A stretch of 64,000 bases of DNA from Pseudomonadales bacterium (GCA_028277965.1 JANQFF010000383.1:2325-66324); one strand, 5' to 3'. Shown: positions 9,721-20,568, counted from the stretch's first letter. The notes: generated from the letters alone by a model not told the origin. Made by a program: numbers and translations.

Positions 9721-10397
9721 CATCTGAAGCAAAAGCTCCGGTCGTTGAAGGCCGCGGGCTCGGCAAAACCTACCGGGACGGCAGTCAGGCGGTCGAGGTA
9801 TTGCGCGGGGTGGATGTGGAGGTGCTCGCGGGCCGCTCCCTGGCACTCACGGGTCCCAGTGGCTCCGGTAAATCGACGCTCCTGAACCTCTTTGCGGGTC
9901 TCATATCTGCCGACACGGGAGAGCTTTACTTTACTGCGGACGGCCAGCGCCACAAGTGGCATCTCGCGAGCCAGCGTGAGCGCACGCGACTGCGCCGTCG
10001 TTACATCGGTTACGTACATCAGTTCTTCAATTTGATACCGACGCTGACCGTACTCGAGAACGTCCGCCTGCCGGGGCGGCTGAACGTCGGAAACAGGCTG
10101 GATGCCAGGGCACTCGAGCTTCTCGCGCAGTTTGGTCTCGATGACCGCGCCGGGGCGTTCCCCGATGTTCTTTCGGGTGGTGAGCAGCAGCGTGTTGCTG
10201 TGGCGCGTGCTCTGCTCCTCGAACCTCCGTTGCTCCTCGCCGATGAGCCCACCGGTAATCTCGATGCCGGGAATTCGAACCAGGTTGTTGAACTTCTCTT
10301 TGGTGCGGCTCGTGAGTCTGGCGTCTCCCTTATCATCGCGACACATAGTGAAACAGTTGCGGCGCAGGCGGATGACCGCCTGGATCTGGGCGGCTGA
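9717..10397 (+). CDS. ABC ATP-binding protein, LolD/AttE-like
   Basis: GPSGSGKS, LSGGEQQR, LADEPTGNLD, ATH. Confidence 0.92.
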   Translation: MTSEAKAPVVEGRGLGKTYRDGSQAVEVLRGVDVEVLAGRSLALTGPSGSGKSTLLNLFAGLISADTGELYFTADGQRHKWHLASQRERTRLRRRYIGYVHQFFNLIPTLTVLENVRLPGRLNVGNRLDARALELLAQFGLDDRAGAFPDVLSGGEQQRVAVARALLLEPPLLLADEPTGNLDAGNSNQVVELLFGAARESGVSLIIATHSETVAAQADDRLDLGG

Positions 10398-10399
10398 TA

Positions 10400-12697
10400 G
10401 TGCTCGCCCGCGCGCTCGGCCGGTTTGTCGTTCGATCCTTCTGGTCGACGGCGATGGCCGTCCTCGGGATCGCTCTGGGTGTTATGTCAGTGGTCAGTGT
10501 TCACATAGTGACGGCTGAAGTGGCTTCGGAACTCGAAGCCCTTACGCCGAGGGAGTTTGCGGATCTGACTCACTTTCTTCACCAGGATGATCTCTCAGCC
10601 GATGAGTACTTTGAGCTTCGCGCACGGTGGCACCGGGGCGCTTACCCGGATATTGAATTCCTCACACCGGTGATCGATGAGCCCGCAGTCATCGACGGCC
10701 AGTCAGTGCGGGTTCTGGGTCTCGATCTCATCGGCGGGGGATTTACCCGGCTGGATTTCACCTCCGGCACTGCCGACCCGCGTGGTGTCTGGGTGGACGA
10801 TACCCTCGCCGGAAGGCTGGATTTAAACGTGAACGGCAGTATCGAGGCGCCGGATGTGGTGCTCGCCGATATTGGTGTTGCCCAACAGCTTCTGGGCTGG
10901 CCAGCTGACCGGTTGTCTTACGTAGCGACGCGCATCCGCGATCCGATTCAGGAAGTGAAGGATTATGGCGAACATCTTCTGCCTGGACTGGGCGCGGGGT
11001 GGCCTGAGACCAGACCCGAGGTGGATCTGGATGACACGTGGCGCCTCCTGTCAGCGCAACAGCAGAATCCGGCCTCACAATTCGGAAAGTCGGTCCTGTT
11101 CAACCTGAGCGCATTGGCGATGCTGGGTGTGCTTGTGGCCTGGTTCCTCATTTATCAGGTGGCTGTCGCGTGGCTGCGGCGCCTGTGGCCGACACTCGAA
11201 CGGTTCCATCTTCTGGGTGTTGGCATGACAGTCCTGGTTTCGAGTTTCGTGCTGACACTGGTCACACTTGCATTGGTTGCAGGTGTCATCGGCACATATC
11301 TGGGTGAGTGGCTGGCTGAGTGGCTCTTTGCACAGGCGACAGGCGCAAGTGGAACGGATCTGGCGGTTAACGGGTGGGTGTTGTTGAAGGCGTTCGGGTC
11401 AGCGTTGTTCGTCGCGGTCGGGGGTGGGTGCTGGGCAGTATGGCGGCGAAATGACACAACACGTACTTACGCATGGTTGACGTGGTTTGCGGCGCTCATC
11501 CTCGTGGGTCTGACGATCTGGGGAGTGGTTTCAGCGGAAACGGGCCTGGCCGGGGCGTTTTTGAGCATAGCGACCCTCAGTGTCATCTCCATGTTGATTG
11601 TCCGCCCCTGGCTTGAATGGTCGCGCCGACGGGCGGGGTGGCTCAAAGGGCCGCTGCTGTGGGTGCTGGGATTTCGTGAAACAGTCTGGCATCCGGGAGA
11701 TCTGACGGTCGCCATTGGCGGTCTGGGGCTGGCGGTGGCAACGGCTATCGGGGTAGGGCTGATGGTTGACAGTTTCCGTGCTGACTTCGACCGGTTTCTG
11801 ACCCAGCGCCTGTCGTATGAGGTGGTTGTTGAAGGACCGAAAGACGCTTTGCGTGTCTTTTCACACGACAGAGCGCGTGATAATGCGGAAACGCAAGTTT
11901 ATCGTGAAGGCGAAATTCGTGTGGGCGGTGTCCCGACTGAACTCAGGGTGGCTGACCTCAACGTATTCGAAGCCGCCCGCTACGGACACGACGGCGTCTT
12001 GTCAGCATCGACGGTGCTTGTTAGCGAGCAACTTGCCCGGACCGCATCCCTGGAAGCAGGCGACAGTTTCACTGTGGCAGGTGTGACAAGCCGGGTCGCG
12101 GGTGTGTTTCCCGGATTTGGAGATATTGCCCCGCGGCTGGTGGTAGATGAGTCGCACCCTCTGGCGATGAGGGCGACAGAGGTGGACTCGATCGCGTTGC
12201 GCCACATGGACGCCGGAGAACGTGCCCGGGCTGGAGTGGCTTATCCGGATCTCAGGTTTATCGAGCAGACAACGATGCGGGACCAGGCACTCGCGACCTT
12301 CGACCAGACATTTGTCATCACAGGGATTCTCATCACGATCGCTCTTCTTGTCGCGGGTATCGGGATTTATGTTGCAACAACCTCTCTCCGTCTCAACCGC
12401 ATGGCAAGTGCGAGGCTCCTGACATCCATGGGTGTCAGCAGTTCTGAAAACCTGGGTATCGATCTGGCACGGGCTGCCGGAACCGCAGGAGCGGCGCTTG
12501 GTATTGCGTTGCCGCTGGGCATTCTATTCGGCTGGATATTGTGTCGTGTGATCAATCCGCGTGCCTTTGGCTGGACGGTCGAACTGGCGCTCAATCCGGC
12601 ACCCGTTCTGGAACCGCTTGGCTGGGGGCTCCTCGCAGCCCTTCTGGCTGGTGTGGTCAGGTTTGGATCCAATGAAGAATCGCAGACGGCTGGCTAA
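10400..12697 (+). CDS. FtsX/MacB-type ABC permease (two repeats, AttF/G-like)
   Basis: Two N-terminal TM plus periplasmic plus 3-TM units; MVDSFR and INPRAFGWT motifs. Confidence 0.85.
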   Translation: MLARALGRFVVRSFWSTAMAVLGIALGVMSVVSVHIVTAEVASELEALTPREFADLTHFLHQDDLSADEYFELRARWHRGAYPDIEFLTPVIDEPAVIDGQSVRVLGLDLIGGGFTRLDFTSGTADPRGVWVDDTLAGRLDLNVNGSIEAPDVVLADIGVAQQLLGWPADRLSYVATRIRDPIQEVKDYGEHLLPGLGAGWPETRPEVDLDDTWRLLSAQQQNPASQFGKSVLFNLSALAMLGVLVAWFLIYQVAVAWLRRLWPTLERFHLLGVGMTVLVSSFVLTLVTLALVAGVIGTYLGEWLAEWLFAQATGASGTDLAVNGWVLLKAFGSALFVAVGGGCWAVWRRNDTTRTYAWLTWFAALILVGLTIWGVVSAETGLAGAFLSIATLSVISMLIVRPWLEWSRRRAGWLKGPLLWVLGFRETVWHPGDLTVAIGGLGLAVATAIGVGLMVDSFRADFDRFLTQRLSYEVVVEGPKDALRVFSHDRARDNAETQVYREGEIRVGGVPTELRVADLNVFEAARYGHDGVLSASTVLVSEQLARTASLEAGDSFTVAGVTSRVAGVFPGFGDIAPRLVVDESHPLAMRATEVDSIALRHMDAGERARAGVAYPDLRFIEQTTMRDQALATFDQTFVITGILITIALLVAGIGIYVATTSLRLNRMASARLLTSMGVSSSENLGIDLARAAGTAGAALGIALPLGILFGWILCRVINPRAFGWTVELALNPAPVLEPLGWGLLAALLAGVVRFGSNEESQTAG

Positions 12698-13793
12698 CGT
12701 TGCGCTGACGGCAGGATTGCTGTTCGGGTGCGCGGAACCCGCGGATCAGTCACCGGCTTTTTCCGGGCTGCGGGTGAGCCAGGTTCTCGGTGCGGACGAT
12801 ACATCGCTCTGGGAGAAGGCAACCGTCGTCAGGCCGTTTGAGTTTCCTGCGGAGCACGGTCCGCACCCGACTTTCAGAAGTGAGTGGTGGTATCTGACTT
12901 CCGTGCTGACCGGGCCTTCCGGCGAAGACATCGGCGTGCAGTTTACCCTCTTTCGCCAGGGGCTCAGCGATCCCGGAGTGGGGCCCTGGCAGACTGGTCA
13001 GGCATACATGGGGCATCTGGGGATCACGGATGTGAGCGACGGGCGTCATGAATCAGCACTCCGCTTCACGCGTGGACACCCCCGTCTTGCTGGTGTTGAG
13101 GTGACGGAAACGAACTTCAGGGCTCACATCGAAGACTGGCGTCTCGAGGGGCTGACGGAACACGCCATAGCCTGGCGTCTGGTGGCCGGAGATGGAGACC
13201 GGCTCGCGGTTGATCTCGACATTCGGGAAACGAATCCACCGGTACTGCAGGGTGACGAAGGTCTTTCGCACAAGGGTCCCGGTTCAGCAAGCTACTATTT
13301 CTCGATGCCGCGTCTGACCACATCCGGGTTTGTTTCGATTGATGGAGAGGTGACGCCGGTCGAGGGGCTGAGCTGGCTCGATCGTGAGTGGAGTACGTCT
13401 GTCCTGGGAGATCATCTTCAGGGCTGGGACTGGTTTGCGCTGCAGCTCGCTGACGGCCGCTCGGTCATGATGTTTCAACTTCGGCGTAAAGACGGAGGCC
13501 GGGATGATTACGATCATGGCCAGTTGATCGACGCTGATCAGTCGACACATCTGGGTCCGGGCGACTACACCCTGACGCCTCGCCGTGTCTGGCACGATGA
13601 TGCGGGTGTTGGGTGGCCGGTGGAATGGCAACTCGAAATGCCGGTACTGGATGATGGGATACTGACCTTGCGAGCGCTGATTGATGATCAGCGTATGGCC
13701 CTCGGTGTTGTCTACTGGGAAGGCATCATCGAAGTGCTGCGCGATGGCAGACGGATTGGACGTGGATACATGGAACTGACGGGTTATGAGTGA
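12672..13793 (+). CDS. AttH/CrtC-like lipocalin-fold lipoprotein
   Basis: HGPHPTFRSEWWY, SWLDREWS, GWDWFALQL, YWEG, GYMELTGY; lipobox LLFGC; start ATG 12672. Confidence 0.88.
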   Translation: MKNRRRLANVALTAGLLFGCAEPADQSPAFSGLRVSQVLGADDTSLWEKATVVRPFEFPAEHGPHPTFRSEWWYLTSVLTGPSGEDIGVQFTLFRQGLSDPGVGPWQTGQAYMGHLGITDVSDGRHESALRFTRGHPRLAGVEVTETNFRAHIEDWRLEGLTEHAIAWRLVAGDGDRLAVDLDIRETNPPVLQGDEGLSHKGPGSASYYFSMPRLTTSGFVSIDGEVTPVEGLSWLDREWSTSVLGDHLQGWDWFALQLADGRSVMMFQLRRKDGGRDDYDHGQLIDADQSTHLGPGDYTLTPRRVWHDDAGVGWPVEWQLEMPVLDDGILTLRALIDDQRMALGVVYWEGIIEVLRDGRRIGRGYMELTGYE

Positions 13794-14370
13794 ATACGAC
13801 TGGGAGCATCTGGATTCAAAGTACGATCGTGAAGCGGGGTTGATCCTCTTTGATAAGCGCATCGATCGGATGAAAAATCCACGGAACGACAAGGTATTCG
13901 AACGCCTGGTCCTCGAATCTGTGGACTGGGTCAACATTGTGGCGCTCGATACTCAGGGACGATCGGTCATGATCCGTCAGTACCGCTTCGGGGTCGGCTA
14001 CACGACACTGGAAACGCCTGGCGGGATGGTCGACCCGGGTGAAGACAGCCGGGATGCCGCGATCCGGGAGCTGCAGGAAGAGACGGGATACGTCAGCGAT
14101 CAGTGGACCTACCTTGGTGCCGTAGAGCCGAATCCGGCCATCCACAACCATCTGTGCCATCATTGGCTGGCAGAAAACGCAACGCTGGACACGCCCCAGG
14201 AGCTGGGAGACGGAGAGCTCATTGGTGTCGAACTCATGAGCCCGGAAGAGGTTCGCCAGTCTGTCGAAACCGGTGAACTCAAACATGCGTTGGCGCTTTC
14301 AGCCCTTGCCCGGGTGATGCCGCTGTGGCCATTGCCTTTTGCGCAGAGGTTTACTCTCAAGGGTGGATAG
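13786..14370 (+). CDS. Nudix hydrolase (ADP-ribose pyrophosphatase-like)
   Basis: Canonical box GGMVDPGEDSRDAAIRELQEETG and upstream QYR. Confidence 0.9.
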   Translation: MSEYDWEHLDSKYDREAGLILFDKRIDRMKNPRNDKVFERLVLESVDWVNIVALDTQGRSVMIRQYRFGVGYTTLETPGGMVDPGEDSRDAAIRELQEETGYVSDQWTYLGAVEPNPAIHNHLCHHWLAENATLDTPQELGDGELIGVELMSPEEVRQSVETGELKHALALSALARVMPLWPLPFAQRFTLKGG

Positions 14371-14549
14371 CAGTTTGCTGTCAAATAGTTTGCCTTCAGG
14401 AACCGGAAACCCGCTACAATAGTGCTTTACGCACATCGGCAATCTTGGTCAAATGGGCGCTTCTCGACAGAATGAACGTTGTTGGTGCGCGCAACTCATG
14501 CAGAACGCACTGATGAGGTCAGTTTTCGAAATGTCACGATACGATCGAC

Positions 14550-16778
14550 ATGAGTGAACAACTGAGTCCCCGGGAGTCTCTCACAAAGATGATGAACCGG
14601 ACCGCTTCGGACCTGACTGAAGCGCGTCTGTTGCTCGTGGACGACAAACAGGAACTGCTCACCTCGCTCTACCATCTGGTGACGCTTTATGGCTATGAAG
14701 CGGACCAGGCGCTGGGCGGTGAGGCGGCCATGCAGGCGCTGGAAAAGGACGAGTACGACGTCGTCCTGCTCGATCTCATCATGCCGGGTATCAGTGGTCA
14801 CGATATCCTCGACTACGTGGCTCGCGAAAAGCTCAAGTGCAAGATCATCGTCGTGAGTGGCGATGCAAGTTTCAGCGGCGTCAAACACGCACTTCATTGT
14901 GGTGCTTTCGACTTTGTCAAAAAACCTTATGAAGCAGCCGAGCTCATTGCGACGATGGAAACGGCGCTGCGCCAGGTACGACTGGAGAATCAGGCTGAGG
15001 AAATGGAAAGCCAGCTCAAAGAGTCCGAAGAGCTGCACCGTTTCATCGTCAACAGTTCACCTGATCTCGTCTATATGCTCGACCGTAATGGCTGTTTCAC
15101 ATTCCTCAACGATCGCGTCCAGGACCTGCTCGGATTTACGAAGAGCGAGCTGATCGGAAAACACTATTCTGAAGTCATCGAGGAGGAAGACCTCGAGGCA
15201 GTTAACAATCTCTTCAACGAACGCCGTACCGGTGGGCGTGCAGTCCGCAACGTCGAGATCAGGCTTAAAAGTAAACTTCCGGACCAGCGTGGCGGCGGCA
15301 TGATGCGCACCCAGTCGGTATGGTCGGAACTCACGGCCATGGGGATCTACTCGGACAACAACGAACGGACCCGTCAGAACTTCATTGGGACGTATGGAAC
15401 GGCGCGGGACATCAGCCAGCGCAAGCAGGCGGAGGAAGTCATCAACTTCCAGGCGTACCACGACCTGTTGACACATCTTCCCAATCGCGCACTGCTGAAG
15501 GACCGCCTCAATCTCGCCATCACCCACGCCCGCAGAAACAAACGCAAGCTTGCTGCGATGTTTCTCGACCTCGACCGGTTCAAGCTTGTGAACGATACGC
15601 TCGGTCACAACATGGGTGACCGTTTGCTGAAAGCGGTGGCCAACCGGTTACAGGGCTGCCTGCGGAAAGGTGATACGTTAAGCCGGTTCGGTGGTGACGA
15701 ATTCACGTTGCTTCTCCCGGAGGTCAGAACCCGGGACGATGTCGTGGTTATTGCAGAGAAGATCCTCGATCGGCTCAACGAACCGTTTGTCATAGATGGC
15801 CACGAACTGTTCGTTGGCGCCAGCATCGGCATTGCCATGTATCCGGAAGCGGGAGACACAGGCGAAGGCCTGATCCAGAACGCTGACATAGCCATGTACC
15901 ACGTCAAAAGCCGGGGCAAGAACGGCTACCAGTTCTTCTCCGACGAAATGAACCATCAGTTCTCATCGAGACTGAGCCTGGAACGGGAGTTGCGCAACGG
16001 TCTGATCAACGGCGAGATCGAGGTGCACTACCAGCCTCAGGTATCGTTGCGTGAGGGCGCCATCTCAGGTGTTGAAGCCCTGGTCCGGTGGCGTCACGGT
16101 CATCGCGGCCTGGTAGAGCCGCGCGAATTCCTGCCGCTTGCCGAAGAAACCGGGCTCATCCTGCAGATTGACGAATACGTGCAGAACCAGGCATTTCATG
16201 ATGTGGCTGCCTGGCAGAGGGCGGGCCTTGGTGACATCTGTCTCAGCGTAAACATGACCGCGATGCAGATAGAGCAGGAAGGTTTTGTCGAGCGCTTCGT
16301 CGCATCGCTGAACGCCTCGGGGCTCGATGCGTCGAGCGTGAAGCTCGAAATCACCGAGAGCACATTGATGGAGGACCTCGAGGTCATCATTCCCAAGCTC
16401 AAGGAAATCCGGCGTCTGGGTGTAGCGATCGCCATTGATGATTTCGGCACGGGATATTCATCACTCTCATACCTGCAGCAGTTCCCCATCAACACACTCA
16501 AGATTGACCGCAGTTTTGTCGGCGACATACGCGCGGAGCAGGGTGGGGCGACAATTGTCGACGCCATTGTCGCGATGGCCCGTGGTCTCAAGCTCGATCT
16601 CGTCGCTGAAGGTGTCGAGAACCGCACACAACTCAAGTACCTCAAAGAGCAGGGTTGTGAAGAAGTGCAGGGTTATATCTTCTCCCCGGCTGTTCCGGCA
16701 GGGGATCTCGTTGAACTCCTCAAGGACAACAGCTTCAACCAGGTTCTGGGCGAAGTGCCCGTCGCCGCAACCGCTTAG
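14550..16778 (+). CDS. REC-PAS-GGDEF-EAL c-di-GMP signalling protein
   Basis: Receiver (VDD, DLIMP, KKP), PAS, intact GGDEF with RKGD I-site, EAL, DDFGTGYSS, EGVE. Confidence 0.95.
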   Translation: MSEQLSPRESLTKMMNRTASDLTEARLLLVDDKQELLTSLYHLVTLYGYEADQALGGEAAMQALEKDEYDVVLLDLIMPGISGHDILDYVAREKLKCKIIVVSGDASFSGVKHALHCGAFDFVKKPYEAAELIATMETALRQVRLENQAEEMESQLKESEELHRFIVNSSPDLVYMLDRNGCFTFLNDRVQDLLGFTKSELIGKHYSEVIEEEDLEAVNNLFNERRTGGRAVRNVEIRLKSKLPDQRGGGMMRTQSVWSELTAMGIYSDNNERTRQNFIGTYGTARDISQRKQAEEVINFQAYHDLLTHLPNRALLKDRLNLAITHARRNKRKLAAMFLDLDRFKLVNDTLGHNMGDRLLKAVANRLQGCLRKGDTLSRFGGDEFTLLLPEVRTRDDVVVIAEKILDRLNEPFVIDGHELFVGASIGIAMYPEAGDTGEGLIQNADIAMYHVKSRGKNGYQFFSDEMNHQFSSRLSLERELRNGLINGEIEVHYQPQVSLREGAISGVEALVRWRHGHRGLVEPREFLPLAEETGLILQIDEYVQNQAFHDVAAWQRAGLGDICLSVNMTAMQIEQEGFVERFVASLNASGLDASSVKLEITESTLMEDLEVIIPKLKEIRRLGVAIAIDDFGTGYSSLSYLQQFPINTLKIDRSFVGDIRAEQGGATIVDAIVAMARGLKLDLVAEGVENRTQLKYLKEQGCEEVQGYIFSPAVPAGDLVELLKDNSFNQVLGEVPVAATA

Positions 16779-16846
16779 AAAACTAATAACATTGGGGTCA
16801 GACCCCATTGTTACTAGTTTATGTTCTCCGTATAGTCCCGCGTCCG

Positions 16847-18070
16847 ATGAAAGGCTTTACGACACAAATTGTTCACAACGACCGGCTCGGAGGTATCGAG
16901 CACGGGTCGGTGCACAAACCCATCCACACGTCGGTGGCGTTCGGCTATGACGACACGCACGAACTGGCCGCTGTTTTCCAGGGCAAACAGCCCGGGTATA
17001 CGTACGGGCGTCAGATCAACCCGACAGTCGAAGCGTTGGAAGACAAGGTCTCCAAAATGGAGCGGGGTCTCAAAACCGTCTGTTTCGGGACCGGGATGGC
17101 TGCAATTGGCACGGCGGTCTTCTCACTTCTGCGCAACGGCGATCACATCGTCTCGAGCGCATATCTGTTCGGAAACACCAACAGCCTCTTCAATTCGTTT
17201 ACTGCACACGGCATTGACGTCACGTTTGTCGATGCAACATCTGCTGCTGAGGTTGAGGCCGCGATTACCGACAAAACCCGACTGGTGTTTGTCGAGACGA
17301 TTGCCAATCCACGTACCCAGGTAACCGCTCTTGCTGAAACTGGTGCGCTCTGTGCAGAACGTGGGCTGATATACATTGTCGACAACACCATGACGTCACC
17401 TTATCTCTTCCAGCCGGTTGATGTTCAGGCGACGTTTGTGCTGAACAGCCTGACGAAATACATCGGCGGACATGGGAACGCGCTGGGTGGCGCCATTACC
17501 GAGATGGGGCACTTCGACTGGGAAAAGTTCGACAACATCTACGAGACCTACAAGACGGGCAACCCGCAGATGTGGGGTCTGACGCAGATTAAAAAGAAGG
17601 GTCTGCGGGATTTTGGTGCAGCCCTCTCGGCGGAGGCGGCTCATCACATCAGCGTTGGGGCGGAGACGCTTGCGCTGAGATTGCAGAGGCAATGTGAGTC
17701 TGCGCAGGCGCTTGCGGAGTTTCTGAATAATCACAACAAAGTGCGCAAGGTATTCTATCCGGGTCTCGAGGATCATCCTGAGTACGGGCGCTCTAAAGAG
17801 CTGTTCCGCTATCCGGGTGCAATTCTCAGTTTCGAGCTTGCAGAGGATGTCGATCTCTGGGACTACATGGATCGTCTGGAAGTAATCATCAAGTCGACAA
17901 ACCTCGGGGACAATCGAACGCTTGCCATCCCGGTTGCTCATACCATTTACTACGAGATGGGTCCTGAGCGCAGGGCCAGCATGGGGATCGACGACTCGCT
18001 GATCCGCATTAGTGTGGGCATCGAGGATGTGGAAGATCTGATAGAGGATTTCAGCCAGGCGTTTGGTTAA
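16847..18070 (+). CDS. Cys/Met metabolism PLP enzyme (cystathionine gamma-synthase / homoserine sulfhydrylase family)
   Basis: YGRQINPT, ETIANP, DNT, SLTKYIGGHG PLP-lysine motif; start MKGFTT at ATG 16847. Confidence 0.92.
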   Translation: MKGFTTQIVHNDRLGGIEHGSVHKPIHTSVAFGYDDTHELAAVFQGKQPGYTYGRQINPTVEALEDKVSKMERGLKTVCFGTGMAAIGTAVFSLLRNGDHIVSSAYLFGNTNSLFNSFTAHGIDVTFVDATSAAEVEAAITDKTRLVFVETIANPRTQVTALAETGALCAERGLIYIVDNTMTSPYLFQPVDVQATFVLNSLTKYIGGHGNALGGAITEMGHFDWEKFDNIYETYKTGNPQMWGLTQIKKKGLRDFGAALSAEAAHHISVGAETLALRLQRQCESAQALAEFLNNHNKVRKVFYPGLEDHPEYGRSKELFRYPGAILSFELAEDVDLWDYMDRLEVIIKSTNLGDNRTLAIPVAHTIYYEMGPERRASMGIDDSLIRISVGIEDVEDLIEDFSQAFG

Positions 18071-18088
18071 CAGATTGGGGGGAGAGGC

Positions 18089-18853
18089 ATGGGTCGTCTT
18101 GACGGCAAGGTAGCTATTGTCACCGGCGGAGCCGGAGGGATTGGTCGTGCAGTCGGCCGGCGATTTGTTGAAGAAGGTGCAGATGTGCTGCTTGTCGATC
18201 TCGATGAGGCGGCACTATCCGAAGCTGTTTCCGAGATCGGCAGCAACAGGGTCAGCTACTGTGTGGCTGACATCACCTCAGCCGAAGACAACGCGAACGT
18301 TGTCGAAACTGCAACAGAACGATATGGCGGCGTGGACATATTTCTTGCGAATGCCGGTATCGAAGGTGATGTGTCTTCCATACTCGACTACGACGAATCG
18401 CGTTTTGACCAGGTCATGGACGTCAACGTCAAAGGCCCCTTTCTGGGTTTGCGTTCTGCAGTCCCGGCAATGCAAAAACGCGGTGGTGGCAGCTTCGTCA
18501 TCACGTCAAGTGTCGCCGGTGTGCGGGGTGCACCGGGGCTTGCGCCTTACGTCACGAGCAAACATGCAGTGATTGGGCTCATGAAAAGTGCTGCACGGGA
18601 ATTTGCCGGAGACAAGATCCGCGTAAACACCGTCAACCCGTCGCCAGTCGAAACCCGGATGATGCGCAGTATCGAAGAGGGTATTGCTCCAGGTGGCGCA
18701 GACGCGGCCAAAGCGCAGATGGAAGCGAACATCCCGATGGGACGTTACGCCGACCCGACAGACATCGCCAACGTCATGTTGTTCCTGGCGAGTGATGACA
18801 GTGCGTTCATGACAGGCTCGGTTTACATGGCAGATGGTGGGTCCACCGCCTGA
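18089..18853 (+). CDS. Classical SDR oxidoreductase
   Basis: TGGAGGIG, NAG, YVTSK. Confidence 0.93.
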   Translation: MGRLDGKVAIVTGGAGGIGRAVGRRFVEEGADVLLVDLDEAALSEAVSEIGSNRVSYCVADITSAEDNANVVETATERYGGVDIFLANAGIEGDVSSILDYDESRFDQVMDVNVKGPFLGLRSAVPAMQKRGGGSFVITSSVAGVRGAPGLAPYVTSKHAVIGLMKSAAREFAGDKIRVNTVNPSPVETRMMRSIEEGIAPGGADAAKAQMEANIPMGRYADPTDIANVMLFLASDDSAFMTGSVYMADGGSTA

Positions 18854-18870
18854 ATATGTTGTAGCGGCTC

Positions 18871-19212
18871 ATGGACTGGGTGACTTACAAGTCCCTGTGT
18901 GACCGGCCTGACTACTGGTCAGGCTGGATGCTCGAGCAGAGCGAACTCCTGCTCAGTCAGCTGGATGAGCAAAGGCTGGTGCTGGCCCTGCGCGAATCGC
19001 GCGCTGAGCAGCCGCTCGATGTGCCGGACGGATTCCAGGGACCGCATCATGCCAGGATGTACCACCTCAGCCTGCCGCCGATCATTCGGGCGGAAGTCTC
19101 ATATGCCATTCAACAGGCTGTTGAACAGGGCCTGACCACACCGGACACCGCCGATCGCGGGCTGGGTGGATTTGCTGAGGCGTGGCGTGAATTTGCGGAA
19201 CACCGTTCCTGA
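18871..19212 (+). CDS. Hypothetical protein
   Basis: 113-aa ORF filling the gap, TGATG-coupled to the next gene; no motif recognised. Confidence 0.7.
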   Translation: MDWVTYKSLCDRPDYWSGWMLEQSELLLSQLDEQRLVLALRESRAEQPLDVPDGFQGPHHARMYHLSLPPIIRAEVSYAIQQAVEQGLTTPDTADRGLGGFAEAWREFAEHRS

Positions 19213-20543
19213 TGGTCAGTAAGGTTCTGATTGCCAATCGAGGTGCCATTGCGCGCCGGGTCATCCGTGCGTGTTCGGAGATGGGCAAAGCGACTGTCGC
19301 CCTGTATTCGGATGCTGACGCTGACGCGGTGTATTTGAGTGAAGCGTCAGAGACTGCGCACCTGCCGGGCCATTCAGCGGTCGAGACCTACCTCAATCAG
19401 GACCTGATTCTGGACATCGCCCGAAGGTGTGGCGCTGACAGTGTTCACCCCGGCTACGGATTCCTCGCGGAAAACTCAGCGTTTGCCACCGCGGCGATAG
19501 ATGCCGGTCTCACTTTTATCGGTCCCAATCCAGAGTGGCTGGCTGCGATGGGAGACAAAGTGGCTGCGCGAAAGCTCTTCAGTGACCATGGATTTCCGGT
19601 GTTTGCCGGGTCGGGTCTGGTTGCAAGTGCGGCCGAGGCGGCTTCCGCTGCCCAGGCCATCGGCTACCCGGTGATGCTCAAACCCGCAGGCGGAGGCGGT
19701 GGGATGGGCATGGAGATCGTGCGGGATGAAGAAGAAGTGGAAGCGGCTTTCAAACGTGCCCAGGCCATCGCTGGGAGCGCATTTGATGATTCGTCGGTCT
19801 ATCTCGAGCAGTGGATCGACCGGCCGCGCCATATCGAATTCCAGATACTTGCAGACGGTCGTGGCGGGGCTGTTCACGCTTACGAAAGGGAATGTTCCGT
19901 ACAAAGGCGCAACCAGAAGTTGATAGAGGAAAGCCCGGCGCCGGGCCTGGATGCCAACCTGGTAGCTGAGACTGCACAAAAAGCGGCTGCTGTATGTGGT
20001 GAGCTTGGATACAACAACGTCGGTACCCTCGAGACGCTGTTCAGTCGGGATGGCGGAATTGGTTTTCTGGAAATGAACACGCGCATCCAGGTCGAGCATG
20101 GCGTGACAGAAATGGTTACGGGCCTGGATCTCGTGCAGGATCAGATCAGGCTTGCTGAAGGCGGATTGTTGCCGGACGTCCCCGAACGAAACGGCTACGC
20201 CATTGAAGCCCGGGTATATGCTGAAGATGCCGAAACGCTGCTCCCGTCAACAGGGAAGCTGCATGTCTTCAAACCACCGATGCTCACCGGTGTCCGCGTG
20301 GAAACCGGCTACGCCCAGGGTCAGACGGTGACACCGTTCTACGATGCGCTGCTTGCGAAAGTCATAGCACACGGTTCTACACGTGAGCTTGCGATCGGAC
20401 GTTTGACGGTTGCGCTCAGGGCGTTCGAAATCATCGGTGTTAAAACTAATGTCGCTCTGCTGACGTCCGTGCTGCAGGACGCTGAATTTCTCACGGGGAA
20501 CGTAGATACGGGTATAGTCAGTCGGCTATTGGGTAATGGGTAA
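19212..20543 (+). CDS. Biotin carboxylase subunit (stand-alone)
   Basis: ANRGAIA, HPGYGFLAEN, GGGGMGM, ECSVQRRNQK, EMNTRIQVEH, RVETG, YDALLAK. Confidence 0.95.
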   Translation: MVSKVLIANRGAIARRVIRACSEMGKATVALYSDADADAVYLSEASETAHLPGHSAVETYLNQDLILDIARRCGADSVHPGYGFLAENSAFATAAIDAGLTFIGPNPEWLAAMGDKVAARKLFSDHGFPVFAGSGLVASAAEAASAAQAIGYPVMLKPAGGGGGMGMEIVRDEEEVEAAFKRAQAIAGSAFDDSSVYLEQWIDRPRHIEFQILADGRGGAVHAYERECSVQRRNQKLIEESPAPGLDANLVAETAQKAAAVCGELGYNNVGTLETLFSRDGGIGFLEMNTRIQVEHGVTEMVTGLDLVQDQIRLAEGGLLPDVPERNGYAIEARVYAEDAETLLPSTGKLHVFKPPMLTGVRVETGYAQGQTVTPFYDALLAKVIAHGSTRELAIGRLTVALRAFEIIGVKTNVALLTSVLQDAEFLTGNVDTGIVSRLLGNG

Positions 20544-20568
20544 CAGGTAATTTGATGGGAGGCCTTTA

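Noticed and set aside
14510-14552. Hammerhead-like core (CTGATGA...GAAA) upstream of the GGDEF-EAL gene
   Set aside because: Stem II does not pair, stem I is absent and the cleavage triplet would end in G.
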